64,000 nt of DNA from an uncultured Gemmatimonadales bacterium (GTDB lineage Bacteria > Gemmatimonadota > Gemmatimonadetes > Longimicrobiales > RSA9): the NCBI GenBank assembly GCA_963708135.1, contig OY970192.1, positions 3,904,001 through 3,968,000 of the forward strand, in the 5' to 3' direction. Shown here in pieces: positions 10,496 through 20,093 of the stretch (positions within the stretch are counted from its first letter, which is position 1; each line of letters begins with the position of its first letter). The notes beneath the pieces are model-generated. The model was not told where the DNA came from, did not search any database, and saw only the letters and a program-made list of their open reading frames with translations. Position numbers and translations under genes: made by a program.

Positions 10496-12212
10496 GGCCC
10501 GCCCATGCGGCGGCCGCGTCCAGCCGGCCGCGTACCATGGCGCCGTCTCCGGCCTCCAGCGCCTGCCGGAGCCCCGTGAGTCGCGCCTCCAAGGCGCCCA
10601 GCGCGGGGACGACCAGGTCCGCGTTGTCCAGCGCGATCTCCGTCCACAGCTCCGCGTCGCTGCCCGCCAGCCGCGTGGCGTCATGGCCGCCGCGGCCGAG
10701 CGCCTCCCGCCCCACGCCCGCCGCCGCCAGCGCCAGCCCGAGCGCGCTGGACGCGAGCTGCGGCAGGTGGCTCGTCCACGCCAGCCGCGCGTCGTGCGCC
10801 GCGGCCTCCAGCCGCTCCGGCCGGCCGCCCAGCTCCCGCCAGAACGCCGCCGCCCGCTCGACCGCCTCCTCCTCCGCGCCGGCGTGAGGGCACAGGTAGA
10901 CCGGCGCCCCCGCGAACAGCCCCAGCCGCGAGGCGCCCCACCCCGCCCGCTCGCTCCCCGCCAGCGGGTGCGCGCCCACGAACGTCGTCAGCCCCAGCTC
11001 CGCCGCCCGCGCCACTACCGCCCGCTTCGTGCTCGCCACGTCCAACACCAGCAGGCGACGCCGCAGCCGCGCCGCCTCCCGCCCGAGCAGCTCCGCGGCC
11101 GCCTCCGCCGGCACGGCGAGGAGGACGGCCTCCACGTCTTCCAGCCCGGGCAGCTCGAGAGGCTCCCGACCCGCCACCCCCGCCGGCATGTCCGCGAGGC
11201 TCCCCGCCACCACGCCCGCCTCGAGCGCCGCGCGCAGCGTGGCCGGATCGCGGTCCCACCCGAGCACGCGCACGCCGCGCGCGGCCAGCTCCCGGGCCAG
11301 CGAGCCGCCGATCAGCCCGAGCCCCACGATGCCGGCGCTGCGAAGTCCCGCCGGCGGGCGCCCGGCCGCGCCGGGGTGCTCGCCCGAGAAGCTGCCCAGC
11401 ACGGACAGCGAGCGGGCGCGCCCGCGGGCGGCCTCGAGGGCGGCGGCGGGGCGGGCGGCGGATGCGTCGCCTTGAAGCTCCAGGAAGAAGCGGTACGTCC
11501 AGGGGCGGGCGCCGGGCCGCGACTCGAGCCGCGTCAGGTTCACGCCGTGCTCCGCGAAGGCGCCGAGCAGCGCCGCGAGCGCGCCCGGCCGGTTCTCCGT
11601 CTCCGCGACGAGCACCGTGCGCACCTCGCCCGCGCGCGCCTCCTCCGGCTCCCCGCCCGGCGCCGCGACCAGGAAGAAGCGAGTCTGGTTGTCGGTCCGG
11701 TCCTGCACGCCGTCGGCGAGCACCCGCAGCCCGTAGCGCTCCGCGGCGGCCCGCGAGGCGAGGGCCGCCAGCGTCGTATCGTCCGACTCGGCCACTGTGC
11801 GCGCGGCGCCCGCCGTGTCGTGTACGGCCACCGCCTCGAGTTCGGGCCGCGCGGCAAGGAAGCGCGTGCATTGCGCGAGCGCCGCCGGATGCGACAGCAC
11901 CCGCCGCACGTTCGCGGCCACCGCGCCCGGCAGGCCGACCAGCGCGTGCCGCACCGGACGAGCGACCTCGCCCACGATCCTGAGCTCGCCGGCCACGAGC
12001 ACGTCGTACGCGGCGGCAATGCTGCCCATGGCGGTGTTCTCCACCGGCAGCAGCCCGTAGCGCGCGTAGCCCTCGAGCACCGCGCGGCCGACCTCCTCGA
12101 AGCTCGGCCGCGGCACCGGCTCGGCCCGGCCGCCGAACAGGGCGAGGACGGCTTCCTCGCTGAACGCGCCGGGCTCGCCCTGGTAGGCGACGCGGGGGCC
12201 GCCGCCCCTCAC
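10482..12212 (-). CDS. Prephenate dehydratase (with ACT domain) fused to prephenate/arogenate dehydrogenase
   Basis: N-terminal AYQGEPGAFSEEA, PVENT, SHPAALAQC, NQTRF, NRPGAL, LESRP; C-terminal GLGLIGGSLA, DVASTK, HPLAGSE, SHLPQ, TRLAGS. Confidence 0.9.
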   Translation of the reverse strand: MRGGGPRVAYQGEPGAFSEEAVLALFGGRAEPVPRPSFEEVGRAVLEGYARYGLLPVENTAMGSIAAAYDVLVAGELRIVGEVARPVRHALVGLPGAVAANVRRVLSHPAALAQCTRFLAARPELEAVAVHDTAGAARTVAESDDTTLAALASRAAAERYGLRVLADGVQDRTDNQTRFFLVAAPGGEPEEARAGEVRTVLVAETENRPGALAALLGAFAEHGVNLTRLESRPGARPWTYRFFLELQGDASAARPAAALEAARGRARSLSVLGSFSGEHPGAAGRPPAGLRSAGIVGLGLIGGSLARELAARGVRVLGWDRDPATLRAALEAGVVAGSLADMPAGVAGREPLELPGLEDVEAVLLAVPAEAAAELLGREAARLRRRLLVLDVASTKRAVVARAAELGLTTFVGAHPLAGSERAGWGASRLGLFAGAPVYLCPHAGAEEEAVERAAAFWRELGGRPERLEAAAHDARLAWTSHLPQLASSALGLALAAAGVGREALGRGGHDATRLAGSDAELWTEIALDNADLVVPALGALEARLTGLRQALEAGDGAMVRGRLDAAAAWAGLTSG

Positions 12213-12568
12213 CGCTGCTCCGTCTGCGCGCCGCGGCACAGCCCGACGATGTGCCAGAAGACGTCGCGCACCTGCTCCACCGGCAGCCCGGCCTTTCGCG
12301 CGGCCGCCGCCGCGCGCCGGACCACCGCCGCCTCGCGCGCGGGATCGAGGGTCGGCAGCCCCGCCGCCCGCTTGGCCGCCCCCGCGGCGCGGGCCAGGCG
12401 GAGCCGCTCCCCGAGCAGCGTGACGAGCTGCGCGTCGATGGTCTCGATCCCTTCGCGGATGAGGTTGAGCGCGAGGGCGTCCGGCCCCGGGACGGACGCC
12501 GCCTCCCGGGAGGCGCGCACCGGGGCCTTGCCGTTGGAGCTCGCGGATCCGCCCGCGCGCGCGCTCAC
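12209..12568 (-). CDS. AroQ chorismate mutase
   Basis: [20 protein letters not shown]...K...DPAREAAV; 4-bp overlaps with both neighbours. Confidence 0.85.
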   Translation of the reverse strand: MSARAGGSASSNGKAPVRASREAASVPGPDALALNLIREGIETIDAQLVTLLGERLRLARAAGAAKRAAGLPTLDPAREAAVVRRAAAAARKAGLPVEQVRDVFWHIVGLCRGAQTEQR

Positions 12569-13620
12569 GCGGCCCTCCCGGCCGCGCCGGCGGCGCCGGC
12601 GAGGGTGCGGCCGGCCGCGGCGGCGAAGGGCGCGAGGGCCGCCATCAGCGCCGAGAACTCGCCGGTCGAGAGGCTCTGCTCGGCGTCCGAGCGCGCCTCA
12701 TCCGGGCGGGGGTGAACCTCCACGATCAGGCCGTCGGCACCCGCGGCCACCGCCGCGAAGGCGAGCGGCGCCACCAGAGACGCACGCCCGCCGGCGTGGC
12801 TCGGGTCGACGATCACCGGGAGGTGCGTCTCGGCACGCAGCACCGGGATCGCCGCCACGTCGAGCGTGTTTCGCGTCGCCGTCTCGAACGTGCGGATCCC
12901 GCGCTCGCACAGCACGACCTGCGCGTTGCCGTTGCTCATGATGTACTCCGCCGCGAGCAGCAGCTCCGTGATCGTGGCGGAGAGCCCGCGCTTGAGCAGG
13001 ACCGGCCGCTGCACCCTGCCGACCTCGGCCAGCAGCGGGTAGTTCTGCATGTTGCGCGCACCGATCTGGAGCATGTCCGCGTGCTCCGCGACACGGTCCA
13101 CCTGGCGCGTGTCCATCACCTCCGTCACGACCGGCAGCCCCGTCTCCGCCCGCGTCTCCGCCAGCAGCTCGAGCGCCTCCTGCCCGAGCCCCTGGAACGC
13201 GTACGGCGAGGTGCGCGGCTTGTACGCCCCCCCTCGCAGCATCCCCGCCCCCGCCTCCCGCACCGCCACGGCCGTCTCGCGCAGCATTGCCCGCCCCTCC
13301 ACCGAGCACGGACCCGCGATGACGCACAGCGCCTCGCCCCCGAACACGGCCGCCGCGCCGTCGCCCGCGCGCACCAGCGTCGCCTGCGCCGCGAACGCCC
13401 GCGCCGCCCGCTTGTAGGGGGTCGACACGCGCTCGACGCGCGCCACCCCCGGCAGCCGCGCGAGCTGCTCGGCCGGCAGCGCGTCCACGTCGCCCAGGCA
13501 TCCGATCACCGCCTGCAGCTCGCCGCGCGAGAGGGTCGTGCGCACGCCATACGCCTCGACACGCTCGCGCACGCGGTCGATATCGTCGGCCGATGCGCCG
13601 ACACGGGTGATGATGATCAC
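12565..13620 (-). CDS. aroF: DAHP synthase class I-beta
   Basis: [68 protein letters not shown] before GTG 13620. Confidence 0.95.
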   Translation of the reverse strand: MIIITRVGASADDIDRVRERVEAYGVRTTLSRGELQAVIGCLGDVDALPAEQLARLPGVARVERVSTPYKRAARAFAAQATLVRAGDGAAAVFGGEALCVIAGPCSVEGRAMLRETAVAVREAGAGMLRGGAYKPRTSPYAFQGLGQEALELLAETRAETGLPVVTEVMDTRQVDRVAEHADMLQIGARNMQNYPLLAEVGRVQRPVLLKRGLSATITELLLAAEYIMSNGNAQVVLCERGIRTFETATRNTLDVAAIPVLRAETHLPVIVDPSHAGGRASLVAPLAFAAVAAGADGLIVEVHPRPDEARSDAEQSLSTGEFSALMAALAPFAAAAGRTLAGAAGAAGRAA

Positions 13621-13647
13621 GGGGCCTCCTGCTGCTCGGGCGGACAC

Positions 13648-13683
13648 AAAAAAAGCGGCCCGTGGGACTCTCCCACGGGCCGC
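13648..13683 (-). terminator. Intrinsic terminator of the aroF leader (attenuator)
   Basis: Perfect 13-bp stem GCGGCCCGTGGGA/TCCCACGGGCCGC with a 3-nt loop, followed by 7 U on the minus strand, about 28 nt upstream of the aroF start. Confidence 0.9.
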
Positions 13684-13706
13684 CGCTCACTCGAAGCTCT
13701 CGTCTG

Positions 13707-13793
13707 CTACACGCGCACACGCGAAGCTTCACGGCCCGTGGCATGGGTCGCGTAGCTAAAGTAATAGGCGTAGAAGCGCGGCTGCGTGTGCAT
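13707..13793 (-). CDS. Phe/Tyr-rich leader peptide (28 aa) MHTQPRFYAYYFSYATHATGREASRVRV
   Basis: Six aromatic codons in eight positions (FYAYYFSY), directly upstream of the terminator preceding aroF. Confidence 0.8.
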   Translation of the reverse strand: MHTQPRFYAYYFSYATHATGREASRVRV

Positions 13794-14065
13794 GATCGAA
13801 ATGGATAGCCCCCACCCCACCGCCCTGTCAAGGGGGCACGCTCCGGCAGCCGGAGCACTCCGCCTTCGCCCGCCGCACCGCGCCAGTGCCTCGAGACGCG
13901 CCTCCCAGAGCGGATCCGCCACCGCCCCGGAGCAGCCGCAGGCCCTCCCGCCGTCCCCCGAATCCGAATCCCAGCGGCGCGGCCCCGGAATCCAGCGGCG
14001 CAGCCCCGGAATCCGAATCCGTTAGTTCCCGTACCGGGCTTCGACTTCCGTGATGGCGGGGCGCC

Positions 14066-14235
14066 GTGAACTCCCCACGCGTACCCCGGCGCGGAGACGG
14101 TTGGGGAGTTGACCGCGCTATTCGTCGTCAACTCCCCAGAGGTCGCAGCTCCACGGGAACGATTGGGGACTTTACCGCGCTATTCGCAGTCAAGTCCCCA
14201 ATCGTCGATTCCACGGCCAATGCGTGGGGACTTTC
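14066..14235. repeat. Cluster of REP-like palindromes
   Basis: TGGGGAGTTGAC-CGCGCTATTCGTC-GTCAACTCCCCA (14102-14138) and a variant (14161-14203), bracketed by inverted ACTCCCCACGC/GCGTGGGGACT. Confidence 0.75.
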
Positions 14236-14291
14236 CTCTCCTCGCGGGCCCGGTACGTCGGTGCGGACGGCGCGCGTCCGACACAACCGGC

Positions 14292-15242
14292 CTAGAGGTC
14301 CAACGACAGCTCGAGCCCCCAGTACGTCTCGTGCGTGAGGAAGAACTCGCCCATCGGCGAGGGGCCGTGGAACCAGCGCGCGATGAGGCGGCCGGAGCGG
14401 CCGGCGCCGTCGTCGAGCCGGATCCCGCCCGCGGCGGACCATGCGCTGCCCCACGTCGTGCGCTGCACGGACTGCCAGTCCAGCCCGGCTACGACGCCGA
14501 AGCGCGGGCTCGCACCCGGCGGGTGCCACTCGCCATCGAAGCCGGCCTGCGCCTGCCAGCGATCCTTCCGGCCGTTCACGAGCAGGTCGCGCTCGGTCTC
14601 CGAGTAGAAGATCCACTCGCCGCCCGCGTAGGCACGCAGCGGGCCGAAGCTGCGCGCGCCCGTGAAGTCGAGGCCGTCGCCGCCGAGCTCGATGCGCCGG
14701 GCGTTGTTGTTCTGCATGAGCTCGTCGCCGAGGTGCGAGCTGCGGTGGATCAGCCGCCACCGGTAGGCCCACGGCCCGCGAGAGAGCTCGAGCGGCGCGG
14801 CCACCATCCAGTCGCTGGCCGTCAGGTCGCGGCTGAGCTGCTCGATGCGGAACAGCGCGCGTACGCCGACCTCGATGCCGAGCGTCATCTCGCCGTCATC
14901 CCACCGCCGCAGCCGCATCGCGGCGAGCTCCTGCCCCAGGTTCACGACGGCGTCCACTTCATGGGCCGAAGCGGCCGAGTCGGGCAGGTCGAAGCGCGGC
15001 CGCTCGCGCGGCGTGTGCGAGAGGATGTCCGTGTCCACGAGCGCGCCGGCCAGCCTTGGCTCGTGCGGATCGGCGAGGATCTGCCGGAACGCGTGCTCCC
15101 GCGGGAACCACTGGAACTGGCCCGAGTGCTGCGCGCGCGCCGGCGCGGCTGCGGCCAGGAGCGTGGCGAGCGCGGCGGCGCCCGCGAGCGGGCGGAAGAG
15201 TCGCGGGTGCCGGGGAGGCGCGGAAGGGCTGGGTCTCGGCAT
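14292..15242 (-). CDS. DUF1207-like exported beta-rich protein
   Basis: Signal peptide; FRQILADPHEPR and HRSSHLGDE motifs; C-terminal alternating beta strand YWGLELSLDL. Confidence 0.7.
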   Translation of the reverse strand: MPRPSPSAPPRHPRLFRPLAGAAALATLLAAAAPARAQHSGQFQWFPREHAFRQILADPHEPRLAGALVDTDILSHTPRERPRFDLPDSAASAHEVDAVVNLGQELAAMRLRRWDDGEMTLGIEVGVRALFRIEQLSRDLTASDWMVAAPLELSRGPWAYRWRLIHRSSHLGDELMQNNNARRIELGGDGLDFTGARSFGPLRAYAGGEWIFYSETERDLLVNGRKDRWQAQAGFDGEWHPPGASPRFGVVAGLDWQSVQRTTWGSAWSAAGGIRLDDGAGRSGRLIARWFHGPSPMGEFFLTHETYWGLELSLDL

Positions 15243-15308
15243 GGCCGGCATGCTACTACCCGGCCGGGGAGGGCACAAGCGGGGCGGGGGACGCCTCGGA
15301 GCGCCCGA

Positions 15309-17075
15309 TCAGGCGGACGCCCCCGCGAACGGCAGGTAGACCGTGAACCGGGTGCCCGCGCCGGGCGTGCTGTCAACGTCGATCGCGCCATCGAAGTGGC
15401 GCACGATGCCGTAGGCCGTGGCCAGCCCCAGGCCCGTGCCCTTGCCGGCCGGCTTGGTCGTGAAGAACGGCTCGAAGATGCGCGTGAGCACCTTCCGGTC
15501 CATCCCGGTGCCGGTGTCGCTCACCTCGAGGGCGACGTAGCTCGGCGCGCGCCGCTCGCCCTCCGAGCCGTCGCGTGGCACCGCGGTCTCCGGCGCCCGG
15601 TAGGTGCGGAGCGTCAGCGTGCCCCCCTGGGGCATGGCGTCGCGGGCGTTCACGGCGAGATTCAGGATCACCTGCTCGAGCTGCCCCGGATCGGCCATGA
15701 CCGGCTGGCTCTCGGCCGCCAGCGCGGAGACGAGCTCGATGTGCTCGCCGATGACGCGCCGCAGCATGAGCTCCGTCCGCCGCGTCACCGCGTTCAGGTC
15801 CACCACATCGGCGCCCGCCGGCTGCTTGCGGCTGAAGGTGAGGAGCTGCCGGGTCAGCTCTGCGGCGCGGGCGGTGACGCGCCGGATCTCGAGCAGGTCC
15901 TCCTGCGCCTCCTCGCCGCCCGCCATTGCCATCTCGGCGTGCCCGCTGATGGCCGTGAGCAGGTTGTTGAAGTCGTGCGCGATCCCGCCGGCCAGCCGGC
16001 CGAGCGCGTCCATCTTCTGCGACTGCCGGAGCTGCGCCTCGAGCTCCAGTTCGGAGGTGATGTCGCGCCCTACCGCCACGTAGCTCAGGGGCTTCCCCGT
16101 CCGGTCGCGAACGCGTGAGATGCTCGCGTACTGGTCGTAGAAAGAGCCATCCTTGCGCCGGTTCACGAAGTGGGAGCGCCATACGTCGCCGCGCTCGAGC
16201 ACGTCGTACATGCGACGATAGAACGCATCGTCGTGGCGGCCGCTCCTCAGGATCCTCGGCGTCTGCCCCATCGCCTCCTCGCGCGTGTAGCCGGTCACCT
16301 TCTCGAAGGCCGGGTTGACGTAGCGGATGGTGCCATCCAGGTCCGTCACCACCACCACCTCGCCGGACTGCTCGACGGCGCGGCCGAGCAGGTCCGACTC
16401 CCGCCACGCGCGGTGCAGCTCCGAGAGGTCCGTCACGATCGCTAGCGTGCGTGGCCCCTCCTCCGTCTCGACCGGGCTCAGCGAGATGGAGACTGGAATG
16501 CTCTCTCCATCCTTCCGCTGCGCCGCAAGCGAGAGCGGCTCGCCGAGGGAGCGCGCCGTAGGGCTGGCCTCGTACTCCTGGCGCTGCGCGACGTGCTGCC
16601 GCCTCGCCGCCGGCGGCACGAGCAGCTCGATGCTCCGGCCGCCGAGCTCGCCCGCATCGTAGCCGAGCATCCGCTCGAGCCGGTCGTTTACGAACACCAT
16701 CCGCCCGCGCTCGTCCACCAGCACCACGCCGTCCGCCATGGCGTCCAGCACCTCGTGCAGCCGGCGCCGGCCCGCGCGCGCGCTGCCGTCCAGCACCGCC
16801 CGGCCGAGCGGGCGCGCCACGAACAGGTACAGCAGCGGCCCCGCGACCAGCGTCAGGAGCGCGGCATCCACGAGCGCCCTGGTGACCATCGGCAGCGGCG
16901 GCAGGCTCGCGAGCAGCAGCATGCTGACGAGCTCGGACGCCGCGACGATGACGAGCGTCGCGAGTAGCGCGCGCAGCGCCGCCGGCGTCCTCCAGAGGGA
17001 CGCGGTCGGGCTCGTGCCCGGTGGGCCGGGCGTCCCCTCCGTGGGAGCGCCCGGCGGCGTCTTCAGTGGTTGCAA
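15309..17075 (-). CDS. Membrane PAS-PAS sensor histidine kinase (CckA-like core, no receiver)
   Basis: Two TM segments, two PAS domains, GGIAHDFNNLL H-box, NARDAM, DTGTGM, FEPFFTTK, GTGLGL; start uncertain. Confidence 0.9.
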   Translation of the reverse strand: MQPLKTPPGAPTEGTPGPPGTSPTASLWRTPAALRALLATLVIVAASELVSMLLLASLPPLPMVTRALVDAALLTLVAGPLLYLFVARPLGRAVLDGSARAGRRRLHEVLDAMADGVVLVDERGRMVFVNDRLERMLGYDAGELGGRSIELLVPPAARRQHVAQRQEYEASPTARSLGEPLSLAAQRKDGESIPVSISLSPVETEEGPRTLAIVTDLSELHRAWRESDLLGRAVEQSGEVVVVTDLDGTIRYVNPAFEKVTGYTREEAMGQTPRILRSGRHDDAFYRRMYDVLERGDVWRSHFVNRRKDGSFYDQYASISRVRDRTGKPLSYVAVGRDITSELELEAQLRQSQKMDALGRLAGGIAHDFNNLLTAISGHAEMAMAGGEEAQEDLLEIRRVTARAAELTRQLLTFSRKQPAGADVVDLNAVTRRTELMLRRVIGEHIELVSALAAESQPVMADPGQLEQVILNLAVNARDAMPQGGTLTLRTYRAPETAVPRDGSEGERRAPSYVALEVSDTGTGMDRKVLTRIFEPFFTTKPAGKGTGLGLATAYGIVRHFDGAIDVDSTPGAGTRFTVYLPFAGASA

Positions 17076-17118
17076 GGAATGCGGCTCATCCGGAAAAGGA
17101 AGAAGATCTACGGTGATC

Positions 17119-19404
17119 TCAGTCGGCTTCGGCGCCGGCCTGCCCGACCAGCGCCTCGCCCCCCGGGGCCTCCTCCTCGACCCCGGCCTGCACGGCGGCG
17201 AACCCCGCCGTCTCGACCGTCCCGCCCCGCAGCACCCGGATCGCGGAGTACTTGAACTCGGGGATCTTGCCCCACGGATCCAGCTTCGGGCTGGTCAGGA
17301 AGTTGGCCGGCGCCTCGGCGTAGCAGAACGGGAGGAACACCGCGCCGTCCGGTACGGCGTCGTCGTGGCGGGCAATGGCCACGACGTGCCCGCGCCGCGA
17401 CTCGAGCGTCACCGCCTCCCCGGCGGTGAGACCCATCCGCTCCATCATGAGCGGGTTCAGGCTGGCCATCGGCGCCGGCTCGAGGGCGTCGAGGACCGCG
17501 GCGCGGCGGGTCATGGCGCCCGTGTGCCAGTGCTCGAGCAGCCGGCCGGTGATCAGCACGGTCGGGTACTCGTCGTCCACCGGCTCGCCGGCCTCCTGGT
17601 AGTCCACGGGCACCAGCTTGCCGCGGCCGCTGGGCGTCGGGAACCGCTCCGTGAACAGCACCTCGTCGCCCGGATCGCCGACCTCGCGGCAGGGATACGT
17701 CACCGCGTGCTCGCGCTCCAGCCGCTCCCACGTGATGCCGTGGTAGCTCGGCATCGCCTGCCGCATCTCCTCGAAGACATCGGCCGGGCCCGCGTAGCCC
17801 CAGTCGAGGCCCAGCCGGCGCGCGAGCTCCTGGATCAGCTCCAGGTCCTGGCGCGCCTGCCCTGGCGGATCCAGCGCCCGCCGCCCCAGCTGCACCCGCC
17901 GGTCCGTGTTCGTGAACGTGCCCGTCTTCTCCGCGAACGCCGTGGCCGGCAGCAGCACGTCGGCGAAGCTCGCCGTCTCCGTAAGGAAGATCTCCTGCAC
18001 GACCAGGTGCTCGAGGCGCGCGAACGCCTCCCGCACGTGCTGCACATCGGGGTCCGACATCGCGGGGTTCTCTCCCATGATGTACATGCCCTTGATGCGC
18101 CCGGCCTTCGCCGCGTGCATGATCTCCACGACCGTGAGCCCGGTATTCGGATCGAGCCCGGGGCGGTTCCAGAGCGCCTCGAAGCGCGCGCGGGCGGTGT
18201 CGCTTTCCACGTTCTGGTAGTCGGGGTAGACCATCGGGATGAGCCCCACGTCCGACGCGCCCTGCACGTTGTTCTGGCCCCGCAGCGGGTGCAGCCCCGC
18301 GCCGCGCCGGCCGACCTGCCCCGTCACCAGCGCCAGCGACACCAGGCAGCGCGCGTTGTCCGTGCCATGCACGTGCTGCGCTATACCCATCCCCCAGAAG
18401 ATCATCGAGTTCCGCGACGTGGCGTACAGCCGCGCCGCCGCCCGGATCGTCTCCGCGTCGATTCCCGTGACCGCCGCCATGGCCTCCGGGCTGTAGGCCT
18501 TCACCAGCCGCTTCAGCTCCTCGAAGCCCTCCGTCCGGCTCTCGACGAACGCCGGCTCCGTCAGCCCCTCGCCGATGATCACGTGCAGGAACGCGTTCAG
18601 CAGCGCCACGTCCGTGCCCGGCCGGAACTGCAGCGAGTGCGTGGCCAACCGCGCCATGTCCGTGCGCCGCGGGTCCATCAGGATCAGCTTCGCGCCCCGC
18701 TCGATCGCGTTCTTCATGAACGTGGCCGCCACCGGGTGGTTCACCGTCGGGTTGGCGCCCACCACGATGAAGCAGTCCGCGTACTGCACGTCCGCCACCG
18801 GGTTCGAAACCGCCGCGGAGCCGACCGTCTCGCCCAGCGCCGCCACGGACGAGGCGTGGCACAGGCGCGTGCAGTGGTCCACATTGTTCGTGCCGAACCC
18901 CGCGCGCACCAGCTTCTGGAAGAGATACGCCTCCTCGTTCGAACCCTTGGCCGACCCGAAGCCGGCCAGCGCGCCGCCGCCGTGCGTGTCCCGTATGCGA
19001 CGCAGCCCGTCCGCCGCCCGGTCGAGCGCCTCATCCCACGTCGCTTCCCGGAACGCCTCGAGCGGGTGCTCCGGGTCGACCAGGTTATTCGCGTCCTTCG
19101 CCACGCCCTCGCGCCGGATGAGCGGCACCACGAGCCGCTGCCGGTTGTGCACGTAGTCCCAGCCGAAGCGGCCCTTCACGCACAGCCGCCCGTGGTTGGA
19201 CGGCCCCCAGCGGCCGGTGACCTGCCGGATCCGGTTGTCCATCACCTGGTAGGTCACCTGGCAGCCCACGCCGCAGTACGGGCAGAGCGACGGAATCTCG
19301 GTCACCCGTCCCTTCCCGCTTTCGCTTTCGCTTTCGCTTTCGAATCCGTTCGCGACCCGCGCCAAAAGCGAACGCGAAACCGACTCTGCCTTCTGTTCAG
19401 CCAT
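17119..19404 (-). CDS. fdhF: Formate dehydrogenase catalytic (Mo/W-bisPGD) subunit
   Basis: CPYCGVGC 4Fe-4S motif, LCVKGRFG, NNVDHCTRLCHASSV (Cys ligand), LRGQNNVQG, PEFKYSA. Confidence 0.92.
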   Translation of the reverse strand: MAEQKAESVSRSLLARVANGFESESESESGKGRVTEIPSLCPYCGVGCQVTYQVMDNRIRQVTGRWGPSNHGRLCVKGRFGWDYVHNRQRLVVPLIRREGVAKDANNLVDPEHPLEAFREATWDEALDRAADGLRRIRDTHGGGALAGFGSAKGSNEEAYLFQKLVRAGFGTNNVDHCTRLCHASSVAALGETVGSAAVSNPVADVQYADCFIVVGANPTVNHPVAATFMKNAIERGAKLILMDPRRTDMARLATHSLQFRPGTDVALLNAFLHVIIGEGLTEPAFVESRTEGFEELKRLVKAYSPEAMAAVTGIDAETIRAAARLYATSRNSMIFWGMGIAQHVHGTDNARCLVSLALVTGQVGRRGAGLHPLRGQNNVQGASDVGLIPMVYPDYQNVESDTARARFEALWNRPGLDPNTGLTVVEIMHAAKAGRIKGMYIMGENPAMSDPDVQHVREAFARLEHLVVQEIFLTETASFADVLLPATAFAEKTGTFTNTDRRVQLGRRALDPPGQARQDLELIQELARRLGLDWGYAGPADVFEEMRQAMPSYHGITWERLEREHAVTYPCREVGDPGDEVLFTERFPTPSGRGKLVPVDYQEAGEPVDDEYPTVLITGRLLEHWHTGAMTRRAAVLDALEPAPMASLNPLMMERMGLTAGEAVTLESRRGHVVAIARHDDAVPDGAVFLPFCYAEAPANFLTSPKLDPWGKIPEFKYSAIRVLRGGTVETAGFAAVQAGVEEEAPGGEALVGQAGAEAD

Positions 19405-20090
19405 CACTCCCCCCTCTCCTGCCACGACACGTCCCACGGCAGCAGGTTGTCGAGCGCCGGCTCGTCGGCGCTGCCGAAGACGCGCGCGGGCATGAGCGCG
19501 CCGGTCGGGCACGCCTGCACGCACTCGCCACAGGCCACGCACGTGCTGCCGCCCATCGGGTCCTCCAGGTCGAACACGATCCGCGCCCGCGCGCCCCGGC
19601 CGGCGTAGCCGATCACGTCGTTCACCTGCACCTCGCGGCAGGCGCGCAGGCAGCGCGTGCACTGGATGCAGGCGTCCAGGTGCACGGCGATGGCGGGGTG
19701 CGAGAGGTCCGGCGCCGGCTGCGCCCGCACCGGCAGCCGCCCGGCGACCACGCCCAGCTCTTCCGCCCAGAGCAGAAGCTCGGAATCGTGACGGTACGGC
19801 TCCGCCGGCATGTCGCCCAGCAGCAGCTCGAGCACCATGCGCTGCGCCCGCCGCGCACGCTCCCCCGCAGCCCGCACCTTCATTCCTGCCGTGGGCGCGC
19901 GGCAACACGACGCCGCGAGCACGCGCTCGCCCTCGATCTCGACCACGCATGCGCGGCAGTTGCCGTCGGGACGCAACCCCTCGGCGTAGCAGAGGTGCGG
20001 CACACGCGCGCCGTGGCGCTCCGCCGCCTGCAGGATCGTCTCGCCGTCCCGCGCCTCGATCTCGCGGCCGTCCAGATTGAAGTGGACCAT
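19404..20090 (-). CDS. NuoG-like Fe-S protein (2Fe-2S plus 2x4Fe-4S), the N-terminal part of FDH alpha as a separate ORF
   Basis: PHLCY...GNCRACVVE...ASC; CIQCTRCLRAC; CVACGECVQACPTGAL. Confidence 0.9.
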   Translation of the reverse strand: MVHFNLDGREIEARDGETILQAAERHGARVPHLCYAEGLRPDGNCRACVVEIEGERVLAASCCRAPTAGMKVRAAGERARRAQRMVLELLLGDMPAEPYRHDSELLLWAEELGVVAGRLPVRAQPAPDLSHPAIAVHLDACIQCTRCLRACREVQVNDVIGYAGRGARARIVFDLEDPMGGSTCVACGECVQACPTGALMPARVFGSADEPALDNLLPWDVSWQERGE

Positions 20091-20093
20091 CGG

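Noticed and set aside
18855..18885. Selenocysteine in FDH
   Set aside because: Active site reads TRLCH with a Cys codon; no in-frame TGA.
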